Assembly (NCBI GenBank): GCA_963674965.2
Contig: CAXXFL010000003.1
Location: forward strand, 320,001 to 384,000
Reading direction: 5' to 3'
Length of the DNA: 64,000 bases
Source of the DNA: a bacterium
GTDB lineage: Bacteria; RBG-13-61-14; DATKZS01
The translations under genes and the position numbers were made by a program. Below, in pieces: positions 17,615 to 27,101 of the stretch. Each line of letters begins with the position of its first letter. Position 1 is the first letter of the stretch. The notes below the pieces were generated by a model that had not been told where the DNA came from, did not search any database, and saw only the letters and a list, made by a program, of their open reading frames with translations.

Positions 17615-20488
17615 ATGGATAGAGAAAGTCCGCGCCTCAGGATCAGGCTCATGCAGGCGGTATCCGACCTGATCTACGCGCATCACTGGAAAATACTCGG
17701 GATATGCCTGGCCATTACCGTTTTCAGCGTTTTTTCTTATTCCAGGCTGGGGCTGAAGCTAAACTTCGTGGACATGCTCAGTGAGGACGACCCCGCCGTG
17801 ATCCACTATAAAAGCGCCGTCGATCAGTTCGGGGCGCTGTCGTTTTTATTTATTATCGTCGAGTCGGACGACCTGGAAAAGAGCAAGGCCTACGCCGACG
17901 AGCTGGCGGAGCGTCTTCCGCAAAACCAGGACTTCGTTCCCCGCGTGTACCACAAGGTCCGGATCGAGGACTACCTTGACGACTCCCTCTTATTCCTCAA
18001 GCCTGAGGAACTTTCCCTGCTGGCGGAGCTGTTCGAGAGGAACTCGGGCGCCCTCTCGTCGATCATGGCCGATCCCGGCCTGGTGGGCGGAGTGGGCGGC
18101 CTGGCCGATATTCTCGGCGGCTTCGCGGCCCAGGGCGAGATACCCGACCTTGGCGAGGAGGACCAGGACTTCGGGGCCATCTTCGATCCCCTGTCCACGC
18201 TGGTCGGGTCCTTCAAGGACTACGCCCTGAAGGGGGACAAGGGCTCGAGGGAGGACTTGAAAGGTGAGATGCTCGGGCGGCTCATGCAGGGCGGCGAGGA
18301 CCTTCCCATCGACATAAGCGAGCCATATTTTTTGGACAAGGAAAAGAAGCGCCTTCTCATGCTGGTGTCCTCGACCAGGCCGGCGGAGGACTTCGAGTGG
18401 TGCCGCGAGTACATGGAGTACGTGGACCAGGTGGTGGCCGAGGTCAACGCCGGGTTCAAGGACCCGCCCAAGACCATGATGACGGGCAACGCGGCCTTTA
18501 TGCGGGACGACTTCCTGGTCATTTCTCGGGACATGAAGGTCACCACGGCCGTGGCCTTCGCCTGTATCATGCTTTTATTCGCTTTTTCCTTTCGGAACTT
18601 AAGCTCGATCCTGATGGTGGCGGTCCCCCTGGCGGTGGGCATCATCTGGTCCTTCGGGGCGGCCTACTGGGTGACGGGCAAGTTCGAGGCCGGCTCCTGG
18701 GTGGGCGGACACCTGACTCCGGTCACGGCCATCTTCGGGGCCATCCTTCTTGGGCTGGGCATCGACTACGCCATACTCATCCTCTCACGCTACACCGAGG
18801 AAAGGCACAGGGGAAGATCGATCAAGCAAAGCCTGGACGCGACCATGACCGAGACGGGCGTATCCATATTGACCGGGGCCGTGGCCACGGCGCTGGCCTT
18901 TTTCTCGATGACCATGGCCACCTTCGAGGGCGGCCGGGAAATGGGCCGCATAGCCGGCACGGGCATCATCCTCTTCGTCTTCATCATGACCTTCGGGCTG
19001 GGCTCGCTCCTGGTGGCCTGGGACAAAAGGCGGGAGGCCGCCGGTCCCACCCAGAGGAAGTTCGACCCCAAGCTGACCCGGAGGCTGGCCAGGCTCGCCG
19101 ACGGCGGCGCGCCCTACGTGGTGGCCGTCCTGACCCTGGTGACCGTTTTCATGGCCTACAAGGCGCCTCAGTTCAAGTTCGAGTACAACTACTTGAACCT
19201 CGAGCCCAAGAACGTTCCCAGCTTTCAGCTCGTGCACAAGATTCCCGAGTGGTTCGGCATCGACACCAACTACGGGATGGTGATCTCGCGGGACCTGGAC
19301 GAGGACAGGAAGCTGGCGGCCGAGCTTCGGGGCAAGTCCACGGTGAGCAAGGTCGAGGCCATATCCGACTTTATTCCCATGGACCAGGATAAAAAGCTTC
19401 CCTTTATAAGACGCCTCGAAAAGGTGACCCGGGAGGTGAGGTCCGGCCTGGGTCCGGACGCGGTCCCCCCACCCGGCGCCGAGCCGGGATCGACGCTCGA
19501 GGCCGCGCCCATGTCCGAGTTGGATTTCCTCGAGCTGATGAACGACTTGAAAAGGCTGCGCGACGCGGTGGGCGCGCCCGGCCGGGGCCTGGTGGGCCTT
19601 TTCTACCTGGCCGAGATCGAGGACGGCGAGGAGGGGGCCAGGAAGCTTCTGGCCGAGCTCGACTCCCTTATCGAGGCCCTCGAGACGGCGCCTCACGACA
19701 AGGTCCTGGCCAACCTGGGCGTCCTGGACCGGAAGACCGAGCGCGGCCTGGCCAAGGGCTTTTCCTGGCTGGAGAAGATGTCCGCCACCGAGGGGGTCAC
19801 GGTCACGAGCCTGACCGACAAGCACCCGGAGTTAAAGGACCGCTTCATGGGCAAGGAGGGCGACTTCATCGTCTATTCCTATCCCTCGCTGGTCCTGTGG
19901 GAGGAGGAAAATCTCAAGGCCGTGGCCAACGAGCTTCGGGAGGTCGACCCCGAGGCCATGGGCGTGGCCGTGCTTTTCGACCGCATCCTCTACCAGCTCA
20001 AAAAGGACCTGGTAAGGGTGGCGCTCATCGCCCTGTCCGTGGTGTTCGTGGTCATCTTCATCAACTACCTGGGCCTTTGGCACACGGTGTTGACCCTCAT
20101 TCCCCTGGTGGCCGGGGCCCTGGCCATGGTGGGGACCATGAACCTTCTGGGATGGAAGTTCAACATCGTGAACACGGGCATGCTGCCCCTCGTCATCGGC
20201 GTGGGCGTGGACTACGGGGTTTACGTGGTCCACCGCTGGATAGCCGAGGGGAAAGGACTGTCCTCGATCACGCCCGTTATCGAGAGCACCGGGCGGGCCG
20301 TGAGCCTCTCGGCCTTTACCACCATGATCGGATTCGCCTCGGTCATGCTCAGCCAGTGGCGGGGCCTGCACCTGATGGGAAGGACCCTCACCATGGGCAT
20401 CGGGTTCTGCTGGGTGGCGGCGGTGATTTTTCTTCCCGCCATCCTCAAGGTCATCGAGACGGTCAAGGCCCGGCGCGGGAAGGAATAG
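17615..20488 (+). CDS. MMPL/RND family transporter (HpnN-like)
   Basis: Two repeats of a large periplasmic loop plus TM bundle; GLGIDYAILILSRY and GVGVDYGVYVVHRW; STGRAVSLSAFTTMIGFAS. Start moved to MDRES. Confidence 0.9.
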   Translation: MDRESPRLRIRLMQAVSDLIYAHHWKILGICLAITVFSVFSYSRLGLKLNFVDMLSEDDPAVIHYKSAVDQFGALSFLFIIVESDDLEKSKAYADELAERLPQNQDFVPRVYHKVRIEDYLDDSLLFLKPEELSLLAELFERNSGALSSIMADPGLVGGVGGLADILGGFAAQGEIPDLGEEDQDFGAIFDPLSTLVGSFKDYALKGDKGSREDLKGEMLGRLMQGGEDLPIDISEPYFLDKEKKRLLMLVSSTRPAEDFEWCREYMEYVDQVVAEVNAGFKDPPKTMMTGNAAFMRDDFLVISRDMKVTTAVAFACIMLLFAFSFRNLSSILMVAVPLAVGIIWSFGAAYWVTGKFEAGSWVGGHLTPVTAIFGAILLGLGIDYAILILSRYTEERHRGRSIKQSLDATMTETGVSILTGAVATALAFFSMTMATFEGGREMGRIAGTGIILFVFIMTFGLGSLLVAWDKRREAAGPTQRKFDPKLTRRLARLADGGAPYVVAVLTLVTVFMAYKAPQFKFEYNYLNLEPKNVPSFQLVHKIPEWFGIDTNYGMVISRDLDEDRKLAAELRGKSTVSKVEAISDFIPMDQDKKLPFIRRLEKVTREVRSGLGPDAVPPPGAEPGSTLEAAPMSELDFLELMNDLKRLRDAVGAPGRGLVGLFYLAEIEDGEEGARKLLAELDSLIEALETAPHDKVLANLGVLDRKTERGLAKGFSWLEKMSATEGVTVTSLTDKHPELKDRFMGKEGDFIVYSYPSLVLWEEENLKAVANELREVDPEAMGVAVLFDRILYQLKKDLVRVALIALSVVFVVIFINYLGLWHTVLTLIPLVAGALAMVGTMNLLGWKFNIVNTGMLPLVIGVGVDYGVYVVHRWIAEGKGLSSITPVIESTGRAVSLSAFTTMIGFASVMLSQWRGLHLMGRTLTMGIGFCWVAAVIFLPAILKVIETVKARRGKE

Positions 20489-22241
20489 GCCCGGACCGGA
20501 TTTTTCTCAAGAGGTCGGCCGCTCCCGCGTGTCCCGGAAACAGGTCGAGGATAAGCTCGAGCTCGGCCTCCGCCTCGGCCCTTGCGCCGCTTCCCGCCAA
20601 AATCCTGGCCCTTCCCAGCCTGGCCCCCGCGTGGAACTCGTCGCTCGCGATGGCCGCGTCATACTCGGAGAGAGCGGCCGCCGGGTCGCCCGAGAGTTCG
20701 AGGTACGCGCCCAGGTTGTAGCGGGCCATGGCGACGTCCGGCTCGAGGGTCGCGGCCCGCCGAAAAAGTTCGCCCGCGGTTTTGGAGTCGCCGGACCGCA
20801 TCACGGCTATGGCCAGGTTGGCCACGGGAAAGGCCTTGTCCGGGGCCAGGGCCATGGCCCTTTTGCAGACGGACCGGGCGCCCCGATCGTCGCCCTCCTC
20901 GGCCATGGCCCCGCAAAGGTTGCTCCAGGGACGATTAAGACCGGGAGACTTGGCTACGGAGTCGGCCCAAAGCGTCCGGGCGGACGACCAGGCCGCGTTG
21001 CGGGAAACGGTCATGCCCGCGAGAAGGATTACGCACGCGGCGGCGGGCGCCATGGCCCTCCTTACCCCCGCGACGCCGATGAGCCATACCGCGAGGGGCG
21101 GGACAATGAAGAGGGAGGGCCCGTAGGCGCGGTGGTCGTTCATGAGGTCGAGGGGTATGAAGGTCGACTCCGGCGCCAGGCTAACCAGGAAACCCAGGAC
21201 CAGAAACAAAAAAAGCCTCGAGCGCCGCCTGGCCGCGACGGCGCCGCCGACGGCCGCGCACAATATCAGGATCGAGGCCAGGGTGGTCCATGGATCGAGA
21301 AGCGATCCCGATACCGCGACCTCATGGTCCAGGGCCAGCCGGGAGGAATGGGGAACGAGCGAGGTAAGAACGTAGCCCACCACCACCCTGGCCTCGGTCG
21401 CCATCCGCTCGAGCGGCCCGTAGCCCAGGCTCGCGTAGCCCTCCAGATAGGTCGGGAGTATGCCGGTCAAGACCAGGACCGCCGTTCCCACCGCCGCCAG
21501 GGCCGCGAAACCGGCGGCTATTGTCGCCCTGGTTTTTCCCGATATCTTTTCCCCGCGCTCCCTGACCAGGAACTCGTACAAGACGACGATCACCGGCGCC
21601 GTCCATCCCGTCTCCTTCGAGAGGGCGGCCAGGGCCATGGAAGCAACCGACAGGGCCCACATGGCCCATTTCTTTTTCGCCTTCCCCGCCCCGGCGGCCT
21701 CCAGGTAAAAGAGGAAGGCGGCCAGTGATCCCAGCGTCGCCAGCAGGGTCTGGCGCTGGACGATATAAGTGACGGCCTGGACCTGGGCCGGGTTCAGCGC
21801 CCAAATCAGGGCCGCGGCCCCCGCCGCCATCGCGGCCCCTTCCCGTTTCCCGGCCAGCTTGAGGATGACAAGATATAGAAGGAAGGTGGCAAGCGCGTGC
21901 AGGGCCACGTTTTCGGCTCTCATGATTTTGGGGTTTAGCCGATGGAGGTAGTGGTCGAGGGCGAAGGTGAAGTTGGAAAGTGGACGCAGCTGAAACTTGT
22001 CCTGGATAACCGCCCTTTTCATCTGCTCCCAGGACGGCTCGGTCAGCCGGATGTAGGGGTTCTCCGTGACGTTGATCGCGTCGTCGAAAACAAAGGGATA
22101 GCCGAGGGCGCGGCCGTAACAAGCGGCCAGGATAATGATGAAGACCAGAAAGGCGAGGGCGTTTCTCGCCGCCGGCGAGCCGACTTTCATCGCCGGCCCG
22201 TCCGCCCGCTTTATATTATGGTCCTTTTCTTTTTTCGCCAC
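20463..22241 (-). CDS. TMTC-like GT-C membrane glycosyltransferase with C-terminal TPRs
   Basis: FVFDD..VTENP, RPL, NVALH, P..VQAVTYIVQR, ALSKE, DHRAYGPS, RNAAWSS..TLW, then TPR repeats. Confidence 0.82.
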   Translation of the reverse strand: MAKKEKDHNIKRADGPAMKVGSPAARNALAFLVFIIILAACYGRALGYPFVFDDAINVTENPYIRLTEPSWEQMKRAVIQDKFQLRPLSNFTFALDHYLHRLNPKIMRAENVALHALATFLLYLVILKLAGKREGAAMAAGAAALIWALNPAQVQAVTYIVQRQTLLATLGSLAAFLFYLEAAGAGKAKKKWAMWALSVASMALAALSKETGWTAPVIVVLYEFLVRERGEKISGKTRATIAAGFAALAAVGTAVLVLTGILPTYLEGYASLGYGPLERMATEARVVVGYVLTSLVPHSSRLALDHEVAVSGSLLDPWTTLASILILCAAVGGAVAARRRSRLFLFLVLGFLVSLAPESTFIPLDLMNDHRAYGPSLFIVPPLAVWLIGVAGVRRAMAPAAACVILLAGMTVSRNAAWSSARTLWADSVAKSPGLNRPWSNLCGAMAEEGDDRGARSVCKRAMALAPDKAFPVANLAIAVMRSGDSKTAGELFRRAATLEPDVAMARYNLGAYLELSGDPAAALSEYDAAIASDEFHAGARLGRARILAGSGARAEAEAELELILDLFPGHAGAADLLRKIRSGPIPSRAGP

Positions 22242-22250
22242 GTCCTCTCG

Positions 22251-23354
22251 CTAGTTCGGGGGCGCGAGGTCCTTGGGGTCGTAGGGCTTGCCGCCGGTTA
22301 TCTCGAGCGCCTTCTCGACCGCCGCCAAAAGGGCGTCCGCGTCGTTGTCGACCCACGCCTCGGGGTCCTTGGGATTGAAAATCCAGAAGACCGCCGGCCA
22401 GTGGAAAAGAGCGTGGCGAAGGTTGTAACCCACCCTTCCATGCTCGACCGTGAAGGACGGGGCCCCGTGATAAAGGTACATAAAATCGTCCGAGTCGCCC
22501 AGCGTCGGATACCAACTGTAACTGACCTGGACCTTGTACTTCCACCGGCCCTGCGCGTCGGCGAAAGCCTGGCCGATCTCTTTAAACTCCTCGACGTGGC
22601 GGGCCGGCTTCCTGGTGAAGCCGTGAGGATAAAGGAACTTGCCCGCCACGCTGTGACAGTTCAGGGCCACGTAAAAATCATGCTCGTCGGCCAACCTGGC
22701 GATGGCCCGGGTCTCGGGCTCGGAGAGTTGCTCGGGACCCATGTAATAGGTCGAGTTGGGCCTGCGGTTGCCGGACATGGGATGGGAACTCTTCGCGCCG
22801 GGGGCAACGGGGTAGTTCCGGTTAAGGTCCACCCCGTTGGCGTTTTTTCTTTTATCCCCATTTCCCTTGAGCGAGATGACCCGGTGGTACCCGTCGGGGT
22901 TTTGCATGGGCACGATCCAGAAATCCGTCCTCTCCAGAAGCGAGGTGATCCATGGGTCCTTGCCTTCTCCCCTGATCAGGCGCCAGGCCGCGCCCAGGAC
23001 CACCCGCGAGGATATGACCTCGCCCGCGTGGATGTTGGCCGTGATCAGGGCCTCGGGACGGTCCGCGCCGTCATTTTTCGAGACGTGGACCGCGTAAATG
23101 GGCCGGTCTTCCACGCTGCGCCCGATGATATCGATCTGGACAAGGTCCGGCCTCTCCCGGGCCATGGACTCGATATCGGCGAACACCACCGACAGGGGCG
23201 GGTACGGACCCAGCCAGTCCCCGTCCTTTTTGCCGGCCAGGGAAGGGGTGGGCGTCAAATAGCCCGCGATGATAACGGCCGCGATCAACGGGCGGTCCCA
23301 GTTTGCGGTCTTCAACTTCAAAAGGATTTCTCTCGCTCGTTCGTATTGCATCAT
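22251..23354 (-). CDS. M14 family zinc carboxypeptidase, exported
   Basis: HAGE zinc motif, PMQNPDG, RKNANGVDLNRNY, SEPET, NCHS, FTVE. Confidence 0.9.
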   Translation of the reverse strand: MMQYERAREILLKLKTANWDRPLIAAVIIAGYLTPTPSLAGKKDGDWLGPYPPLSVVFADIESMARERPDLVQIDIIGRSVEDRPIYAVHVSKNDGADRPEALITANIHAGEVISSRVVLGAAWRLIRGEGKDPWITSLLERTDFWIVPMQNPDGYHRVISLKGNGDKRKNANGVDLNRNYPVAPGAKSSHPMSGNRRPNSTYYMGPEQLSEPETRAIARLADEHDFYVALNCHSVAGKFLYPHGFTRKPARHVEEFKEIGQAFADAQGRWKYKVQVSYSWYPTLGDSDDFMYLYHGAPSFTVEHGRVGYNLRHALFHWPAVFWIFNPKDPEAWVDNDADALLAAVEKALEITGGKPYDPKDLAPPN

Positions 23355-23364
23355 TCCAGCCCTT

Positions 23365-24348
23365 TTACCGGCCGTCTTTTTTATCAGCCGACTTTTTCTT
23401 CTTTTTCCCGCCCGGTTTCTTGCCTTGTTTTTTGCCGGGGCCCTGTCCTTCCCCGGCCTCGGCTTTGTCCGGCCGTTCCTGATTTTGTTTTCCCGCGCCG
23501 AGCCTGGCCATCACGTGGGCCGGTATGATCATGGGCCGGTCCTTTTCGTCCTCCGAGTCCGGGGCCGCGGCGATCTCGTAGACGGGTGGTCTTTTCATGA
23601 TCCATACCCAGGCGCCGGCGGCGATGACCACGAGAATCACGCCGATGAACTGCGAGGTGGAAAGGGGGATGGGTCCGTCCTCGATAACGAACCCTCTTAT
23701 CTTGTCGCCCCTGAAGAACTCGATGACGATCCTGATGATCGGATACGCGGTGAACCAGATCAGGGTCGGGACCCCTCTTCTAACGCCGCGATTGATGACG
23801 ACGTAAATGGCCGCGGCCAGAATGAGCGAGGAAAACGACTCGTAAAGCGGGGTGGGATGAACGCCCAGGCCCAGGGTCTCGTGGTCGTGAGGGTAATGGA
23901 TGGCCCAGGGAAGGTCGCAGGCCTTGCCGTAGCAGCAGCCTCCCATCAGGCAACCCCATCTTCCAATGGCCAGGCCCAGGGCCAGGGGAGCGGCCAGGGT
24001 GTCGGTAATCTGTAAAAAGGGCATGCCCCGCCTTTTGGCGTACCACACCAAAAAGACGTTGACGGCTATGACGCCGCCGTACCATACCAGTCCGCCCTCC
24101 CTGGGGTTGAGCATTTTTATGGGGTGTTCCAAAAAGCTGTCATACTCGATAATGTTGTAAAGCAGCTTCGATCCCACCAGCCCGAAGATAATGACCCAGA
24201 TGTAAAGGTCCATGTAGAACTCGACGTCCTCATTTCGCCTGGTGGCGATCTTGTACATGAGGGCAAAGCCAAGCAGAAACCCCAGGGCCATGATGGGACC
24301 GTAGGTGTAAATCTGTTTTCCGAAAATCTCGAACAACACGGGATGCAT
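23365..24348 (-). CDS. lgt: Prolipoprotein diacylglyceryl transferase, with Lys-rich C-terminal tail
   Basis: MHPVLF..IYTYG, GGLVWYGG, AIGRWGCLMGGCCYG, HPTPLYE, IEFFRGD, LSTSQ. Confidence 0.93.
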   Translation of the reverse strand: MHPVLFEIFGKQIYTYGPIMALGFLLGFALMYKIATRRNEDVEFYMDLYIWVIIFGLVGSKLLYNIIEYDSFLEHPIKMLNPREGGLVWYGGVIAVNVFLVWYAKRRGMPFLQITDTLAAPLALGLAIGRWGCLMGGCCYGKACDLPWAIHYPHDHETLGLGVHPTPLYESFSSLILAAAIYVVINRGVRRGVPTLIWFTAYPIIRIVIEFFRGDKIRGFVIEDGPIPLSTSQFIGVILVVIAAGAWVWIMKRPPVYEIAAAPDSEDEKDRPMIIPAHVMARLGAGKQNQERPDKAEAGEGQGPGKKQGKKPGGKKKKKSADKKDGR

Positions 24349-24565
24349 TTATAAACGCCTCCAATTCAGCGCGCGATCATTACTTATGTCCATCTTGAGC
24401 GGCTTTTGTTCCCAAGGTACCGACTTTATCGGAAAAGGGGAGGATGAACGGAAATCGTAAAGAGGGTCCCCATCATCGCGTGACCTGTGCCGCCGGTCCG
24501 CGCTCCGCCTCGCCGGGCGGCAAGCCGAGCCGACTTCCCCTTTTTCAGCCGGCCTGGATTCCCCC

Positions 24566-26770
24566 TCATTTTTGCAGGGACTTTTTCTTTTTGATCAGCA
24601 TGTCCAGGGCCTGGGGCACCTGGTAAGCCAGTATTTGCAGCTCCGCCGCGTTGACGGGCACGAATTCCCCGCCTCCGTTGTCGCCGTAAAGGATGTAAAC
24701 GACCTTCTCGTTTTTCACGACGGGCATTATGAACACGTTGTTCGGCCGGTCTCCCCCCAGGGTCTTGAGGAACCTGTCGTTTATGGCGCCGGGCTGGAGC
24801 GGGCCCAGGAAAAAGCTCTTGGTCATGTTCACAAGCTGGAAGACGCTGGGCTCGGACATGGGAAGCATGATGGACTCGACCATGTCCGACTTGATGCCCG
24901 GACCCTGGCCGTCCCAGCCGAAGAGGGTCTGGCCCCTGACCGTGAAGAGCATGATCCTCTTGAAATATCCCATGGCGAAACCGATGACGATCCGCGAAAT
25001 GTCCTTCCTGTCGTCCACCTCGGTCAGCTTCTTTCGCGCCTCCTCCAGGGTGAGCTCGACGTACTCCTCGACTTCCTCCTCCTCTTCATCCTCCGGCTCC
25101 TCGTCCGGAACGAAAGCCTCGGCTTCCTCCACGCTGGCCAGGTCCTCGGCCCCCAGCTCGATCACCTGGAGAACGCCCGGAGACGTGCCCTCCCCGACGG
25201 CCTCGATGGAAGGCTCGGACGCCGGCGCCTCGGCGGGAGGAGGAGCGGGCTCCTCGATGCCCCCGGGGACCCCGGCTTCCGGCGCGGCCGTCTCGGCGGG
25301 CGGCGGCGGAGGCTCGGGAGCGGAAGGCTCGGGAGGAGGAGGCGGTGGAGGCGCCGCGACCTTCTCCGCGGGAGCGGCTTCCTTCTTGACCTCGGGCGCC
25401 TGCTCGCCGGGCAGGACCACCGTTACACCTATGGCCGGTCCCTGCCGCTTGAACTCCTCCAGGATTCCCTCGATCCACTCGACGGGAGCGTTGGCCTCGA
25501 TGATGAACCAGTTGGCGAGGAAGTTCATGCTCACCACGTTGTTCTTGAGCTGGCTCTTGACGAAGAGCTTAAGGAACTCCTGCAGGGTCTGCTTGGGTAT
25601 GAATTTCTGCACGTCCCGCTTCATCAGCAGTGAATACAGGGCCTGGGCCACTTCCTTGTACGGCTGCCTGCCGGTTGGGACCGGCACGCGGGGAGGGGCC
25701 TCGGCGGGCGGCGGGGTGGGCTCGGTGGCGGCGCCACCGGGCGGTATGGACGCCTCCGGCGACGAAACCGCCGGGCCGGGTCCGGGTATGGTTTCCATGG
25801 GAGGACTCGGCGGAGGCGCGGCCGTTCCGGGAGAGGGCTGCCCCGGAGGCGCCTGGAACGGGTTGGCCGGCGGCGGCGCGGGCGGAAAAGGCGTCTGTCC
25901 CGGCTGCGGCTGGTATTGCCCCGGCGGCATGGGATACCCCGCGGGCGGGGGGTAAGGAGGAGCGCCGGGATAGGGGGTTCCCGGAGGCATGGGCTGGCCC
26001 GGATAAGGAGCGGGTTGCCCGGGCATGGGATACGGGGCCGGCTGGCCGGGGTACCCGGGAGGATACTGGCCGGGAAAGCCGCCGGGCGGGACCTGCCCCG
26101 GCGCCTGGACGGGCTCCTCTTCGGGCTCGGCCCGGGTGAACGACTCGTCCGCTATCTTCTGGAAATCCTCCTCGCTCTGGAGGTCGCCGCTGGCGTCGAA
26201 GCCCACCTTTTTGCGGGCCGCCTCCCGCTGTTCCCAGACCGAGGCGCTCATGCCCTCGGGCGGTCCGTCCCTTTTTTCCTTCTTGACCTCCTCGCGGGGC
26301 TTTTCCCGATACATCATGGCCAGGTTTATGTAGCGCAGTTCCCGGCCCACGTTGTAGAACCTGGTTAAAAGGTCGTAGACCCGAAGCTCGGGCAGGACCA
26401 GCGGCTTGATCCGCTTGCCCGTGGCGAACTCGATTTCCTGGATCGCCTGCAGGTCGCTCGGGTCGGTCATGACCACGTAAAGGTCGCGCCCGTCCAGCTT
26501 GATGGGGAAAGCCTCGCAGTTCTTGGCCAGTTTCTTGTTGAAAAGCTTGATGACCTCGGGCCGCACCCGGTTTAAGCTGGTCCACTTTACGGTGGGCGCC
26601 CCCGTCTTCTTGGCGATATATTTCGTGAGGGTCTGCTCGTCTATATAGCCGAGCTCGACGAGGTTCGATCCCAACCTGCCGCCGAATATCACCTGAGCCT
26701 GTATGGCCTCCTCGAGTTGCTCGGACGTGACGACGCCCGCGTCAACCAACATCTGGCCTAATTGAGCCAT
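24566..26770 (-). CDS. MshEN/GspE-N-terminal domain protein with long Pro/Glu-rich linkers (myxobacterial FrgA-like architecture); no ATPase domain
   Basis: Tandem motif QLGQMLVDAGVVTSEQLEEAIQAQ...RLGSNLVELGYI; T2SSE_N 'AFPI..VVMTDPSD..EIEFATG'; Pro-rich middle; GAF-like C-terminus. Confidence 0.8.
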   Translation of the reverse strand: MAQLGQMLVDAGVVTSEQLEEAIQAQVIFGGRLGSNLVELGYIDEQTLTKYIAKKTGAPTVKWTSLNRVRPEVIKLFNKKLAKNCEAFPIKLDGRDLYVVMTDPSDLQAIQEIEFATGKRIKPLVLPELRVYDLLTRFYNVGRELRYINLAMMYREKPREEVKKEKRDGPPEGMSASVWEQREAARKKVGFDASGDLQSEEDFQKIADESFTRAEPEEEPVQAPGQVPPGGFPGQYPPGYPGQPAPYPMPGQPAPYPGQPMPPGTPYPGAPPYPPPAGYPMPPGQYQPQPGQTPFPPAPPPANPFQAPPGQPSPGTAAPPPSPPMETIPGPGPAVSSPEASIPPGGAATEPTPPPAEAPPRVPVPTGRQPYKEVAQALYSLLMKRDVQKFIPKQTLQEFLKLFVKSQLKNNVVSMNFLANWFIIEANAPVEWIEGILEEFKRQGPAIGVTVVLPGEQAPEVKKEAAPAEKVAAPPPPPPPEPSAPEPPPPPAETAAPEAGVPGGIEEPAPPPAEAPASEPSIEAVGEGTSPGVLQVIELGAEDLASVEEAEAFVPDEEPEDEEEEEVEEYVELTLEEARKKLTEVDDRKDISRIVIGFAMGYFKRIMLFTVRGQTLFGWDGQGPGIKSDMVESIMLPMSEPSVFQLVNMTKSFFLGPLQPGAINDRFLKTLGGDRPNNVFIMPVVKNEKVVYILYGDNGGGEFVPVNAAELQILAYQVPQALDMLIKKKKSLQK

Positions 26771-27101
26771 ATTTCCAGCATGTCCTCCCCTGGTCGGAAA
26801 AACGGGGAATTGGCGGTGGCGTCCCTAAATCGACGGCCATTCCCCGTGAAACGCGTTATAAACCGCGTCTTTAAATTAACATCGGCTCCTTGAAAATGCA
26901 AGCGGGAAAAAAGGGCCGGACCTCGCGTGGGAAGCCAAACCAGGCGAATTGAAAAGACAATCCCGCCAAGACTTGCCGGGACCGGCGATTAAAGCCGACG
27001 CCGAGAGACGGTACCGGCAAAAGGCTGAAAATAAAAATTGGATAAGCATCGGTTTTATGCTAGATATAGTATGAAACCATGATCGAGAGGGAGGATAAGC
27101 G

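Noticed and set aside
21942-23528. 528-aa plus-strand ORF, and similar long overlapping ORFs such as 6629-8167, 8198-9823 and 43562-44932
   Set aside because: Antisense to motif-bearing genes, with no domain signatures
25050-26130. GC-rich quasi-repeats that could suggest an array
   Set aside because: Explained by the Pro/Gly/Glu low-complexity coding sequence of the MshEN protein; no constant repeat-spacer pattern, so not CRISPR
26880-27030. Possible cobalamin riboswitch (GGGAA, GGGAAG, AGACTTGCC fragments)
   Set aside because: Core elements such as GCCACTG and the expected stems are missing; needs an Rfam scan
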